From assembly GCA_964438425.1 (NCBI GenBank), contig CAYTKM010000005.1, positions 9,294 to 73,293 of the forward strand: 64,000 nucleotides of DNA, read 5' to 3'. A program made the position numbers and the translations under genes. Every line of letters starts with the position of its first letter. The stretch's first letter is position 1. Positions 40,345 to 50,571 of the stretch are shown here, one piece after another. Below the pieces are notes generated by a model. That model made no database searches, was not told the origin of the DNA, and saw only the letters and a list, made by a program, of their open reading frames with translations. The DNA comes from an uncultured Gammaproteobacteria bacterium (GTDB lineage Bacteria > Cyanobacteriota > Vampirovibrionia > LMEP-6097).

Positions 40345-41317
40345 CTTAAAAACTATTTTAATTACTGGCGCTGCTGGTTTTATTGGCTCACACTTAGCTG
40401 ACTATTATCTAGCTCAAGGGCATCAAGTGATCGGTATAGATAATATTAATGATTACTATTCAGCAAATATTAAAGCTAGTAACCTAGAACAGCTAATTAG
40501 TCATAAAAATGGTAAATTTTACGAACTAGATTTATTAAATTATGGCAGTCTTGAAAGTATTTTTGAGACTCACCAAATACATTATATAGTTCACTTGGCA
40601 GCTATGGCAGGTGTGCGTCCTTCAGTAAATAACCCACTTTTATATCAAAAAAATAATAATGAATCTACCCAAAATTTACTTGAATTAGCCTGCAAATTTA
40701 ATTTTCCTAAGTTTATCTTCGCTTCTAGTAGCTCAGTTTATGGCGCAAAGAACCCAGTACCTTTTAAAGAAGATGCTGATATTTCTAAGCCCATTAGTCC
40801 TTACGCAGCGACTAAAGTGGCAGGCGAAGCCATGATTCACTCAATCTGTTCAGTTACAGAATTAAAAGCGGTATGCTTAAGATTTTTTACAGTTTATGGA
40901 CCTAGACAGAGACCTGACCTAGCTATTCATAAATTTACTAACCTTATATATAATAATCAAAAAATTGATGTTTATGGAGATGGCACTTTCCAAAGAGACT
41001 TCACTTATATCGAGGATATAATTCAAGGTATTGATCGCGCTTTAAATTACGATACGAAATTCGAAATCTTTAATTTAGGTGAATCGGAAACTACCAGTGT
41101 AAATGAATTAATCCGCTTAATCGAAGAAGCTTTAAACAAAAAAGCAGATATCAACTATTTAGATGTAATTAAAGGTGATGTACCGATCACATTCGCTGAT
41201 ATCTCTAAGGCACGCAAGCTTACTAGCTATAACCCGCAAACTAAAATCCAAGATGGTATTCAAAAGTTTGTTAAGTGGTATTTGTCTCAGGAAAGCTCTA
41301 AAACTCTTCTCTCCTAA
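40337..41317 (+). CDS. NAD-dependent epimerase/dehydratase (SDR family)
   Basis: ITGAAGFIGSHL Rossmann motif and catalytic YAATK. Overlaps the tmk stop by 8 nt. Confidence 0.75.
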   Translation: MSNLKTILITGAAGFIGSHLADYYLAQGHQVIGIDNINDYYSANIKASNLEQLISHKNGKFYELDLLNYGSLESIFETHQIHYIVHLAAMAGVRPSVNNPLLYQKNNNESTQNLLELACKFNFPKFIFASSSSVYGAKNPVPFKEDADISKPISPYAATKVAGEAMIHSICSVTELKAVCLRFFTVYGPRQRPDLAIHKFTNLIYNNQKIDVYGDGTFQRDFTYIEDIIQGIDRALNYDTKFEIFNLGESETTSVNELIRLIEEALNKKADINYLDVIKGDVPITFADISKARKLTSYNPQTKIQDGIQKFVKWYLSQESSKTLLS

Positions 41318-41580
41318 TAGTTAGACTTAGGTAGTACTTTTATAGAGCAATATATTACTCAATAAATATTAATTTTTAAATTAATATTGTCATTAAAACA
41401 TCTTAAATCTCGCACTATATACTATAAAACCTTTATATTAATACTAGTACAAATTTAGCTCCATAAAAAACATTTAATAAATCTTTAATCCTCTACAGCA
41501 CTATAATCTGAGATGTTTATGGTTGAAATTAAGCAGAATTTTAAGCAATCTGATATTATTTAAATTCAAACAAAAAAATT

Positions 41581-42843
41581 ATGAAATTAGAATTACATTG
41601 GCGTATATTTATAGGTTTGATCTTAGGTGCGATCCTAGGTACTTTATTTTCAGTAAACAACTCAGCTGAAGTTACAGATCCAAGCATCGGTTTTTTACAT
41701 CTAAGTCACATTGCCTGGGCAGGTGAGCTATTTTTAAAATTCTTGAAAATGATCGTAATACCACTGATCGTTTCATCAATAATCGTCGGCGTTGGTCACC
41801 TGCCAGTTAAAAGTTTAGGAAAAATCGGTTTAACCACCATAGTACTTTTTAAAGGACAAATGTTTTTTGCTGCCTGCATCGGTTTAATCTTCGTAAACTT
41901 AATGAAACCAGGTAAATATATAGATTTAAGAAGTGTTATTGATCTAGGTAACGTCTCAGAAGAAATTAAATTCGTGACCGAATCTAAAATTAGCATCTCT
42001 GAAGTGATTTTTGGTTTAATTCCAGAAAATATTTTTGAAGCTCTAGCACATGGCTCATTATTACAAATTATTATCTTTTCAATTATTTTTGCTGTGGCGC
42101 TTATCGGCATAAAAAATGGTGAAAAAATACTATCAGCTTTTAATATCGTTTTAGATGCGATATTAAAGATTACTCATTACATTATGGAATTTGCGCCGAT
42201 AGGTGTATTTGCTTTAATTACTAAGACTGTTGCGATTGGTGGTATTAGTTCACTTGCTAAGTATGGTCAATTTGTTTTAACTGTTTTATTGGCTTTATTT
42301 ACTATGTTGTTTGTGATTGGTTCACTTTTAATTCACTTCTTTACAGACAGTACACCACTAGAATTTTTTAAAAAGATGAGACAAGTTATGCTGACAGCTT
42401 TTAGTACCTCAAGTTCAGCTGCTACTATTCCAGTTACCTTAGAGACTATGGAAGAAGAATTCGGTGTACCTAACAAGATCGCCAGCTTTGTTATTCCACT
42501 AGGCGCGACTATGAATATGGCAGGTGCTGCAATTTATGAATCTATCGTAACTTTATTTGTAGCGCAGGCTTGGCTCCCACAACCCTTGACTTTGCAAGAG
42601 CAGATCTTCGTAGTAGTTATGGTATTGCTGGCAACTTTTGGTACTCCAGGTATTCCACATGGTAGTTTGATTACTATCGCTATCGTTTTTCAGGCTGTTG
42701 GCTTACCACTTGAAGCAATTGGGGTCATTTTAAGTATTGATCGTATTTTAGATATGACTCGTACGATGATTAACGTTTCTTTTGATAGTATTTCATGCCT
42801 AGTGATGAATAAATATTTTAAAAAAGAAGTTATGGAGCAGTAA
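41581..42843 (+). CDS. dicarboxylate/amino acid:cation symporter (DAACS family)
   Basis: Multi-TM protein with AFSTSSSAATIP and GATMNMAGAAIYE signature segments. Confidence 0.75.
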   Translation: MKLELHWRIFIGLILGAILGTLFSVNNSAEVTDPSIGFLHLSHIAWAGELFLKFLKMIVIPLIVSSIIVGVGHLPVKSLGKIGLTTIVLFKGQMFFAACIGLIFVNLMKPGKYIDLRSVIDLGNVSEEIKFVTESKISISEVIFGLIPENIFEALAHGSLLQIIIFSIIFAVALIGIKNGEKILSAFNIVLDAILKITHYIMEFAPIGVFALITKTVAIGGISSLAKYGQFVLTVLLALFTMLFVIGSLLIHFFTDSTPLEFFKKMRQVMLTAFSTSSSAATIPVTLETMEEEFGVPNKIASFVIPLGATMNMAGAAIYESIVTLFVAQAWLPQPLTLQEQIFVVVMVLLATFGTPGIPHGSLITIAIVFQAVGLPLEAIGVILSIDRILDMTRTMINVSFDSISCLVMNKYFKKEVMEQ

Positions 42844-42958
42844 GGTAGCTCTTAGTTATATTCGCATACCGCGTATCTTTTGGAGATGTCTAATAGTTTT
42901 AAAATTATAATTGTCTAGCTAACCCTGAAGTTATAATCATCAAAAATGATATTATTAA

Positions 42959-43687
42959 TTGAATATGTTATTTGTAACAGCTACTGATACTGGTGTTGGT
43001 AAGACTTTTTTTTCACAAAAAATCATCACCGAAGCCTGCCGCTACTTTGAAAGACATGAAATAGCTTATTATAAGCCGATCCAATGTGGCAAAGATGCTA
43101 AAGAACTATACGAAAATACTTTTTTAGAGACAGATTATCAGACTATCGAGCGTACCTGCCCTGAAATCGATACTTACTATGATTATTATTTCGATTATCC
43201 AGCATCACCTGACTACTCAGCTAAATTAGCTAATGTAAAAATAGATTTAGACAAGATTAAACAGACTTGGACTAAACTGAAAAATAACTATAAATTCGTA
43301 GTAATTGAAGGTGCTGGTGGCGTTACGGTACCGATTGGTGATTATGATTCTATGTTAGATTTAATGCTGCTGTTTGAGGTGCCAGTAGTCTTAATCAACC
43401 GTTCGAGTTTAGGTACTATTAATCACTCTATACTTAGCTTAAGAGAACTTAAAAAAGTTGGTGTAAGTATCGCAGGTTATATCTCAAATGAAGTCAATGA
43501 AGATGAAATGTTAGAGCTGGCTAAAAGTAACCCTGAAGTTAAAGATAGATATGATGAGCAGTTGCAAGAATCTTTTAACTCTATTACCAGATTTACTAAA
43601 GTGAAGCAGATTGAAGTTTATGATTTATTTTCTCATTTAGAGCCGCTTGCTAGTAATAAAAGTGAGCTGGATGTTACTTATAATTAG
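42959..43687 (+). CDS. bioD: dethiobiotin synthase
   Basis: N-terminal LFVTATDTGVGKT P-loop and KP..CG motif. Confidence 0.65.
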   Translation: MNMLFVTATDTGVGKTFFSQKIITEACRYFERHEIAYYKPIQCGKDAKELYENTFLETDYQTIERTCPEIDTYYDYYFDYPASPDYSAKLANVKIDLDKIKQTWTKLKNNYKFVVIEGAGGVTVPIGDYDSMLDLMLLFEVPVVLINRSSLGTINHSILSLRELKKVGVSIAGYISNEVNEDEMLELAKSNPEVKDRYDEQLQESFNSITRFTKVKQIEVYDLFSHLEPLASNKSELDVTYN

Positions 43688-44227
43688 AGTTTTTACATGA
43701 GTATCTGTTAAATTTAAGTTAAAAGTTGAAATCTAAGTAAGATTGATTTTTCTCATTGATATTGGCAAGCTAGATATTACTTATGATTAAATTTTTTGTA
43801 TAAGTTTTGTGAAATTTACATTTTAAAATTACTATATGTAAGTTTCCAGTGCGTTAAGTATGAGTTTATTATAGTTTAGGCTATAGATTATAAGAGATTT
43901 TAAGCTAAATTTTGTTTAAGTTGAAAACTATTCTAGGGTTATATCAATTAAATTCTTTCTTAGCTAAATTTTATATCAAGATCTATTTAGCTTAATAAGT
44001 TAAGATATGTATTTAGAATATAGTAACCTTCAAGAATCCAATGCTAGTTATTAAATTCTATAAAATAAAGATTTTTTCTCAAATCTTATAAATAGATATT
44101 ACTTCTATTCTTTCAAATTAAATTGAATGCCTGCTAGTCAACATTTAATAAGCTTAAAATATACTAAGTATAAATCTATAAACTAATTTTAGAAACTGAC
44201 ACTTATAAAATATTAGAATTATAGTTA

Positions 44228-45166
44228 ATGACTGATACGAGCACCAAAAACTCAGCACTCTTAAAAACCAAGCTGGCACATTTAGAATTAGATAATCCGA
44301 TTATGCCTGCATCTGGTTGTTTTGGATTTGGGGCTGAGTTTGATAGGCTATATGATTTAGATTTACTAGGAGCCGTTGCCCTTAAGGCAACGACATTAGA
44401 AACGCGCGCAGGTAATCAAACAGCGCGCGTAGCTGAAACCGAAGCTGGCATGCTAAATGCGATCGGCTTGCAGAACCCTGGCTTAGAAAAAGTGCTTTTA
44501 GAAGAATTGGCACTTTACCAACATAAAAAAACTAAGGTTATTATGAATGTTGCTGGTAATGGTATAGAAGATTACCAGCAGGTCGTAGCTAAGTTATGTC
44601 AGCATGCAAGTGTAAGTGGCATCGAGCTTAATGTATCTTGTCCTAATGTAAAAAAAGGTATTATGTTTGGCTCAGATCCTAAGATGCTCGCCGAGCTAGT
44701 TAAAGAAGTAAAGCCAGTTACTAATAATAAGCTACTAATAGTTAAGCTTTCACCTAATGTAACAGATATAAAAGTGATGGCAGGCGCCGCGATCGAAGCT
44801 GGCGCTCAGGCGCTCAGTCTGATTAATACTTTAATTGGCATGCGCATTGATCTAAAAACACGCAAACCTATTATCGCTAATAAAACAGGTGGACTTTCAG
44901 GTCCAGCTATTAAACCAGTAGCTATTAGAATGATTTATGAAGTTTACCGTGAATTTCCGCAGATACCCATCATAGGTATGGGGGGTATTAGTAATTTAGA
45001 TGATATGCTTGAATTTTTTATGGCTGGTGCCAGCGCGCTTGCCATAGGTACTGCTAACTTTGTTGATCCATATATTTGCCCGCAATTAATAACTGAATTA
45101 ACTGAATATATGCTTAAAAACAATATCAAATCTTTAAATCAGCTTATCGGCGCTGCTCACAGTTAA
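44228..45166 (+). CDS. pyrD: dihydroorotate dehydrogenase, class 1
   Basis: MPASGCFGFG...GLQNPG and NVSCPN active-site cysteine motif. Confidence 0.75.
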   Translation: MTDTSTKNSALLKTKLAHLELDNPIMPASGCFGFGAEFDRLYDLDLLGAVALKATTLETRAGNQTARVAETEAGMLNAIGLQNPGLEKVLLEELALYQHKKTKVIMNVAGNGIEDYQQVVAKLCQHASVSGIELNVSCPNVKKGIMFGSDPKMLAELVKEVKPVTNNKLLIVKLSPNVTDIKVMAGAAIEAGAQALSLINTLIGMRIDLKTRKPIIANKTGGLSGPAIKPVAIRMIYEVYREFPQIPIIGMGGISNLDDMLEFFMAGASALAIGTANFVDPYICPQLITELTEYMLKNNIKSLNQLIGAAHS

Positions 45167-45482
45167 AACTTTAAAAAAGTAAGACTTTTACAATTTATTT
45201 AAAGTGTTCGATTGCTATAAAGCAAATTATTATTGTAAAGCTAGATTATTTATCTAACTAATTCTAAGTTCAGATTTAGTTTTAGGTACAGCTGAAATAT
45301 TCAAATAAATTAAATATAATACTTAATTTAAAACTATCTATAAAATTTTATCTTTAAATCTCTAGATAATTCTATATTTCAGTTGCTTAATTAATTTAAA
45401 ATTCACTTATCAGCTGTTTAAATTTAGTCAGCTTCCATGACTTTATATGCTTATAAATTTTACCTAAAAAATATATAAAATT

Positions 45483-46622
45483 TTAATTCTCAGCTTTAAA
45501 TCTATTTAAAATAGCCTGAGAAAATACATTATTTGGGTATGTTTTAGCTAGCTCAACAAAACTTTTTCCTTTATAAATATTTCTAGAATTATTGGTACTA
45601 CTTTTATCTGAGTTATTAGTAGTATTATATTTTAAATTATCTCTAGTAGTATCATTAGCAGCAAAAGGGACTTTATTTAAATCTATACTATGTACGAGAG
45701 TTTCAAGTAAATTAGTCTTAATAGACTGTTTTTTATGATTTTGATTAATATTAAGATTGTTACTAATATCAGCTAGCACTTTAAAGGGGTTAGGATCAAA
45801 AGTAGTCTTTAGACTTTCTGTTAACTTAGCTTGAGTCAACTTTATATTTTTAACTAACTTAGAATTATTTTCCTGAAGCTCTACTGGTAATTTCAAAGTT
45901 TTTAAGGTCGTATTAGTACTTTTATAATCTGTTGCATTTTGTTTCATTAAAAAGTTACTAGCTATAATATTTTCAGCGACGTTTAATTTACTTTCACTAT
46001 CAGCTGACACAGTTTGAGCTGGCGAAAGCAGATCAGCTTGCAGGTATTCATTAAGAGCATTTTCTTTAGCTGCTAATTTATTTAGGATTATCTTAGCAGT
46101 GTCTATAAAGCCTTTTTCTAATGCTAATTTAAGTAGAGGTTTGTTTAAGCTAGCATCAGTATCAGCAGTATAAATAGTATTAGGCTTAGTAGTACCCAGC
46201 TCTAATTGAAAATTTAGCAAATGTTTGAGTGCACTTTGACCTTTGGCAGGAGCAAGCATATTCATCTGTCTATAAAATACTTTAGAGTTTGCTATTTCAT
46301 CGATGTCATTTAAATTAACAGGTGAGCTTTTAGCAGGGTCATGATTAGAATATTTTTTTAAATTTAGACCAGAATTAGAAATTTTTTTTAAATTACTTCT
46401 ATTTTTAGAATAAATTTCTAAATTTTCGTGATTTTTAGAATTATTTTCTAAGTCATTATTAGTATTAGGACTAGAGCTAGTGCTTAAGGTTTGATATTCA
46501 GAACTATTATTTAAAATTAAACTACCATCAAAAAAAGGCTTCTTGATATGTTCTAAGGGATTTCCAGTATACGAATTATTATGCAACACAACTATTATAT
46601 TAACTAAAATAACAGCCAGCAT
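45483..46622 (-). CDS. Asn-rich hypothetical protein, paralog of the upstream gene
   Basis: Shares with the 46643 protein a C-terminal L.D...KIDINK..AAN....KSF.ELAK..P.N.FS.AI block. The N-terminal region overlaps two TTAGAA-N5-TTCTAA palindromes, so the true start is uncertain. Confidence 0.45.
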   Translation of the reverse strand: MLAVILVNIIVVLHNNSYTGNPLEHIKKPFFDGSLILNNSSEYQTLSTSSSPNTNNDLENNSKNHENLEIYSKNRSNLKKISNSGLNLKKYSNHDPAKSSPVNLNDIDEIANSKVFYRQMNMLAPAKGQSALKHLLNFQLELGTTKPNTIYTADTDASLNKPLLKLALEKGFIDTAKIILNKLAAKENALNEYLQADLLSPAQTVSADSESKLNVAENIIASNFLMKQNATDYKSTNTTLKTLKLPVELQENNSKLVKNIKLTQAKLTESLKTTFDPNPFKVLADISNNLNINQNHKKQSIKTNLLETLVHSIDLNKVPFAANDTTRDNLKYNTTNNSDKSSTNNSRNIYKGKSFVELAKTYPNNVFSQAILNRFKAEN

Positions 46623-46642
46623 ATAAAGTATTTACAATTTAT

Positions 46643-48061
46643 TTAGTTTTGATTTAATTTGTTAAAGTCTCGTATTAGTTGTAATATACTTTCCTTATCT
46701 CTCTTACTTTTAGACTCAGAAGCGATAATAAGTTTTCTAGCAACACTTAAAATATTTTTTATCGAACTAGTATCATCTTCTAAGGGAATACTACTATCTA
46801 TAGCTCTTTGATCTTGCTTAACAGTTTCGCTTTTATCTATGGTGTTTAAATTATAGCCACTATCTTTAATAAATTTTAAATTCGCTAAGATTTTATCCTT
46901 AGTATCGGCGCTGAAATGATCATCATCAAAAATATCCACCAAATATTTAGTCACTGGATTTCGTCCATCTGCATCTGTCTTAGTTAAGGTTTCTGCAAAA
47001 TTAGCTGGCAAAGACTTCACTCCAACTTCACGTAAAAAATTAAACATCCCCTCATCTAAAGCGTAATTTAAGACTTCTGTTTTCAGTGGCTTAGCTTCAG
47101 CTCTAAAAGTACTCAGAGCCTTACTGAGCATATTTTTATCAGAATTATTTATACCAGTATCTTCTTTGTAAAATAGTTTTAGATTTTCTGGCGTAAATTT
47201 AGTTCCTAAAGCAGCACTTTCAATCGTAACCATAGCAGCTCCAATAGATGTGTCCAGGCTAATGTCAGTATTTTTCATAGCTTTACTAGAACTAGCTTTA
47301 GCAATAATAGCAGTGGAAAAAATATTATCTGGCTTTTGCTTCGCTAAATCTAGAAAGGATTTTGCTGCTATGCCTTTCTCTGGATTAGCAGCTATCACAA
47401 TTTTATTTATATCGATTTTAGCTACCATCAGGTCTATTAAATTTTTACCTGACTTACTATTTCCCATAAATAAATTTTTTAGTTTGCTCGGATTAATTAT
47501 ATCTGTTGTATCTTTAGTTAAAGTCTTAAGCGTAGTTGGATCTAATTCTCTTGCAGAGTCAGTGGTTTTAAGTGAATAGCTAATATAAGCTTCAGCTATA
47601 TTATATTCCTGACCATTAGAGTTTATAGCAGCAATATCACTTAGATCTATATTTTTTTCTAATAATACCTTTAAAGTTTTAGACCAGTCTTTATTTATAG
47701 CTTTAGCAAATAAAGACGTGCCATTATTTAAAATAGCTTCAGGTTTAATATGTCCCGCATTATCAGCAGGGCTTAAAAGATTTTTTACTATTAATTCGTC
47801 ATAAGCAGATTTACTAATATTTTCTTTAGGTAATAGTGTAAAATTTATAGATTTTCTAGGTTCAGTAGATATTTTACTTAGCATATCTCTATTAGCAGGT
47901 TGAGTATCTTCATTAGTATCAGGATTATTTATACTGCTATCAGAATCAGAGTTATCAGTTGGCTTCGCGCTCATCTGGTAACGATTAGGCACCGATGCTG
48001 AATTAAAGTTACCTGACTGAGATCTATTTAAGTTTACTTGATTAGGATTAAATTCAACCAC
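46643..48061 (-). CDS. Asn-rich hypothetical protein, paralog of the downstream gene
   Basis: 472 aa, sharing a conserved block with the 45483 ORF. Confidence 0.5.
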   Translation of the reverse strand: MVEFNPNQVNLNRSQSGNFNSASVPNRYQMSAKPTDNSDSDSSINNPDTNEDTQPANRDMLSKISTEPRKSINFTLLPKENISKSAYDELIVKNLLSPADNAGHIKPEAILNNGTSLFAKAINKDWSKTLKVLLEKNIDLSDIAAINSNGQEYNIAEAYISYSLKTTDSARELDPTTLKTLTKDTTDIINPSKLKNLFMGNSKSGKNLIDLMVAKIDINKIVIAANPEKGIAAKSFLDLAKQKPDNIFSTAIIAKASSSKAMKNTDISLDTSIGAAMVTIESAALGTKFTPENLKLFYKEDTGINNSDKNMLSKALSTFRAEAKPLKTEVLNYALDEGMFNFLREVGVKSLPANFAETLTKTDADGRNPVTKYLVDIFDDDHFSADTKDKILANLKFIKDSGYNLNTIDKSETVKQDQRAIDSSIPLEDDTSSIKNILSVARKLIIASESKSKRDKESILQLIRDFNKLNQN

Positions 48062-48104
48062 AAGTCACATTATACAACATAACTTCATAAATTAGTGGTT
48101 TAAA

Positions 48105-49097
48105 CTAATTAAAAAGCTTTTTAGAATCTTGCTGGATCAACTGAATATCATTAGCGATTTGAGTTTTCAGTTCACTTAAATCATTAAATGTCTTTTCATA
48201 ACGAATTCTTTTTTTAAAAGTTAGTTTAAGATATTTACCGTATAGATCACCTTTAAAATTTAATAGGTGTGCTTCAACTCGATAAGATTTACCATTAACT
48301 GTAGGTCTAACACCTATATTCACGGCAGCTTTATAAGTATGTAATTTTTCAGTTAATATTTGTCCAACTGTTTTTTGTTGTGCTGGCTCATATGTATCAG
48401 GTAAATCATTTAAAATCTCAGCTTCAGCTTCATAAACTCCGGTAGCTAAGGCTAGTTCATTTAAGCCTAAATCTAAATTAGCGGTTGGATAGCCTAATTT
48501 AGTACCGATTTGGTCACCAGATATTATTTTAGAAATTAGATAAAAGTCATAACCTAAGAGCCTATTAGCTTCTCCCAGTTCTACATCAGCTAATAAATCA
48601 CGAATTACTGAACTATTAATAGTTTTTTGATTTAATTTATGCTGCTCTGTTACATTTAAGCTAACTTCATTTTCAAAACACCACTGTTTTAAAAACTCTG
48701 GCGTGCCACTACGCCTTGCTCCAAAGTGATGATTAAAACCTACTGAAATAGCCTTAGTATTTAGAAAAACTTTTAAATATTTATCTAAATAATCCTGCGC
48801 GCTGGTCTGCATCATTTGCTCATCAAAATCTAATAACAAACAAGCATCTAAACCAAGTGTTCTAAATAAATTAAGCTTAGTTTCTAGATTATTAATAATC
48901 TTAGGTCGGTTTTTAGTAATTAGTGTACGAGGATGATCTTTAAAAGTAACTACTACTGACTTTAAATTATACTCTTTAGCTTGAGCGATACAATTTTTTA
49001 TTATTAGCTGATGCCCTAGATGAACACCATCAAAGTAACCCAGTGCAACTGAGCTTGCAGATTTAAAAGGCTGATCTTGGTAAGTTAAGATTTCCAT
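48105..49097 (-). CDS. ribF: bifunctional riboflavin kinase / FAD synthetase
   Basis: ALGYFDGVHLGHQ nucleotidyltransferase motif. The C-terminal flavokinase domain has PTAN. Confidence 0.85.
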   Translation of the reverse strand: MEILTYQDQPFKSASSVALGYFDGVHLGHQLIIKNCIAQAKEYNLKSVVVTFKDHPRTLITKNRPKIINNLETKLNLFRTLGLDACLLLDFDEQMMQTSAQDYLDKYLKVFLNTKAISVGFNHHFGARRSGTPEFLKQWCFENEVSLNVTEQHKLNQKTINSSVIRDLLADVELGEANRLLGYDFYLISKIISGDQIGTKLGYPTANLDLGLNELALATGVYEAEAEILNDLPDTYEPAQQKTVGQILTEKLHTYKAAVNIGVRPTVNGKSYRVEAHLLNFKGDLYGKYLKLTFKKRIRYEKTFNDLSELKTQIANDIQLIQQDSKKLFN

Positions 49098-49160
49098 TCA
49101 TCTAGTAACAATAGCAGAGAAAAGCTTATTTTTTAAACATTTTGGCATAATTATCATAAA

Positions 49161-49727
49161 ATGGTAACTATGAGAATCTTAGCTTTAGTTTTTATTAGTA
49201 TTTGTTTAATAAGCGCTTGCGCGCCTAATTTAGATAGCACCAGCTATGATGATTCAAAAAACAAAGCATCACAAAGTTTTTTTAATGATAAAGGGATTAA
49301 ATTTGCTATTCCCGGATCATATTTACAAAAACAAAGCTCTGAACCTGGAGTTATCGTTGAATTTATTATTGATCCAGTTTCTCAAACTAAACTTAAAGTT
49401 TATAGTTTTGATGGCTTACATAAGTATAAGCAAGCTTATATTGCTAAAACTAAAGCTGAGTTTAATCATTATCAGATCATAAATGACGAATCCTACAGTA
49501 ACTCTAAGGGTACTGAAATTAAATTATTTGAAATAAGTGGTAACTATCAACATGATAGTAAAGTAGTTGAAAACTTTGCTAAATTTATCGCTATTACTGA
49601 TACTGTTAGAGGTACTTTTATCTTCGAGGTGAGCGCGCCAACGAATATTATCATTAAATCTAGATCAGATCTAAAAAAACTTTTAGCTTCAATTGATGTT
49701 TATAAGCATCTGCATGAAAGATTGTAA
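49161..49727 (+). CDS. putative lipoprotein
   Basis: Signal peptide ending in lipobox LISAC. Confidence 0.5.
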   Translation: MVTMRILALVFISICLISACAPNLDSTSYDDSKNKASQSFFNDKGIKFAIPGSYLQKQSSEPGVIVEFIIDPVSQTKLKVYSFDGLHKYKQAYIAKTKAEFNHYQIINDESYSNSKGTEIKLFEISGNYQHDSKVVENFAKFIAITDTVRGTFIFEVSAPTNIIIKSRSDLKKLLASIDVYKHLHERL

Positions 49728-49730
49728 ATT

Positions 49731-50507
49731 TTAAAATCTATAAGCTAAACCACATAAAACAGCTAAATCATTAGCACTTTCATTAATACCCCAAGCAAGC
49801 GTGGTATCAAAAATTAAATTATCTTTCAAAGCATAAGTAAAGCCACTAGCAAGTCCCAGTGGACTTTGATAACCACTTGTTAGCAACCAGGAACCATAAA
49901 TTTCAAAAAATAATGTGAGTTTAGAGTTTAAACTATAGCTAAGATCAGCCACATAAGGCATCGAAGTTACACCTATTAAATTATTTCTAATCTGAAAACT
50001 ATCAAAACTTAGCCCTAAGTTAAACAGTAAGCTAAGCTTATTAGTTAAGCTTTTACTTACACCTAACTGATAGTTATGATCAAAGCCAGGGTTAGAAAAT
50101 TCTGCACCTAGCGGTATTTCAAAGTCTGTAATTAAGTTTATCGAAGGTAAAATTTTTCTTTCATCTAATAAATTAAACTTAGCACCTAATGCTAAGTTAT
50201 CGAAACCGACATCTAAATTATCGCCAGTATTAAAAAAAAGTAAGCCATTATTACGAACTCTAAACTCTAAACGATCCTGGATAAGACCATACCTGAACAA
50301 ACTATTTAGAATCTGGTAGTTTATATCAGATAATTTTTTATTAGTTTTATAGTAATTAAAAGTACCTAATTCTAACTGAAGTTTATTTTGATCTACTATA
50401 CCATTAGAATCAGAAAAACCACCCCTCTCGAAGGTTATGACTTCAGCTATAGCATTTGTATTAGATATCGCAAATAATACAAAGATTATAATTAATCTTA
50501 TGAGCAC
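49731..50507 (-). CDS. putative outer-membrane beta-barrel protein
   Basis: Signal peptide, alternating hydrophobic strands, and a C-terminal aromatic end (..LAYRF). Confidence 0.5.
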   Translation of the reverse strand: MLIRLIIIFVLFAISNTNAIAEVITFERGGFSDSNGIVDQNKLQLELGTFNYYKTNKKLSDINYQILNSLFRYGLIQDRLEFRVRNNGLLFFNTGDNLDVGFDNLALGAKFNLLDERKILPSINLITDFEIPLGAEFSNPGFDHNYQLGVSKSLTNKLSLLFNLGLSFDSFQIRNNLIGVTSMPYVADLSYSLNSKLTLFFEIYGSWLLTSGYQSPLGLASGFTYALKDNLIFDTTLAWGINESANDLAVLCGLAYRF

Positions 50508-50571
50508 TAACTAACCTATACTAACATAATTAAAAAAGTGACTTATACTAGTAAATTTATAATTATAATAC

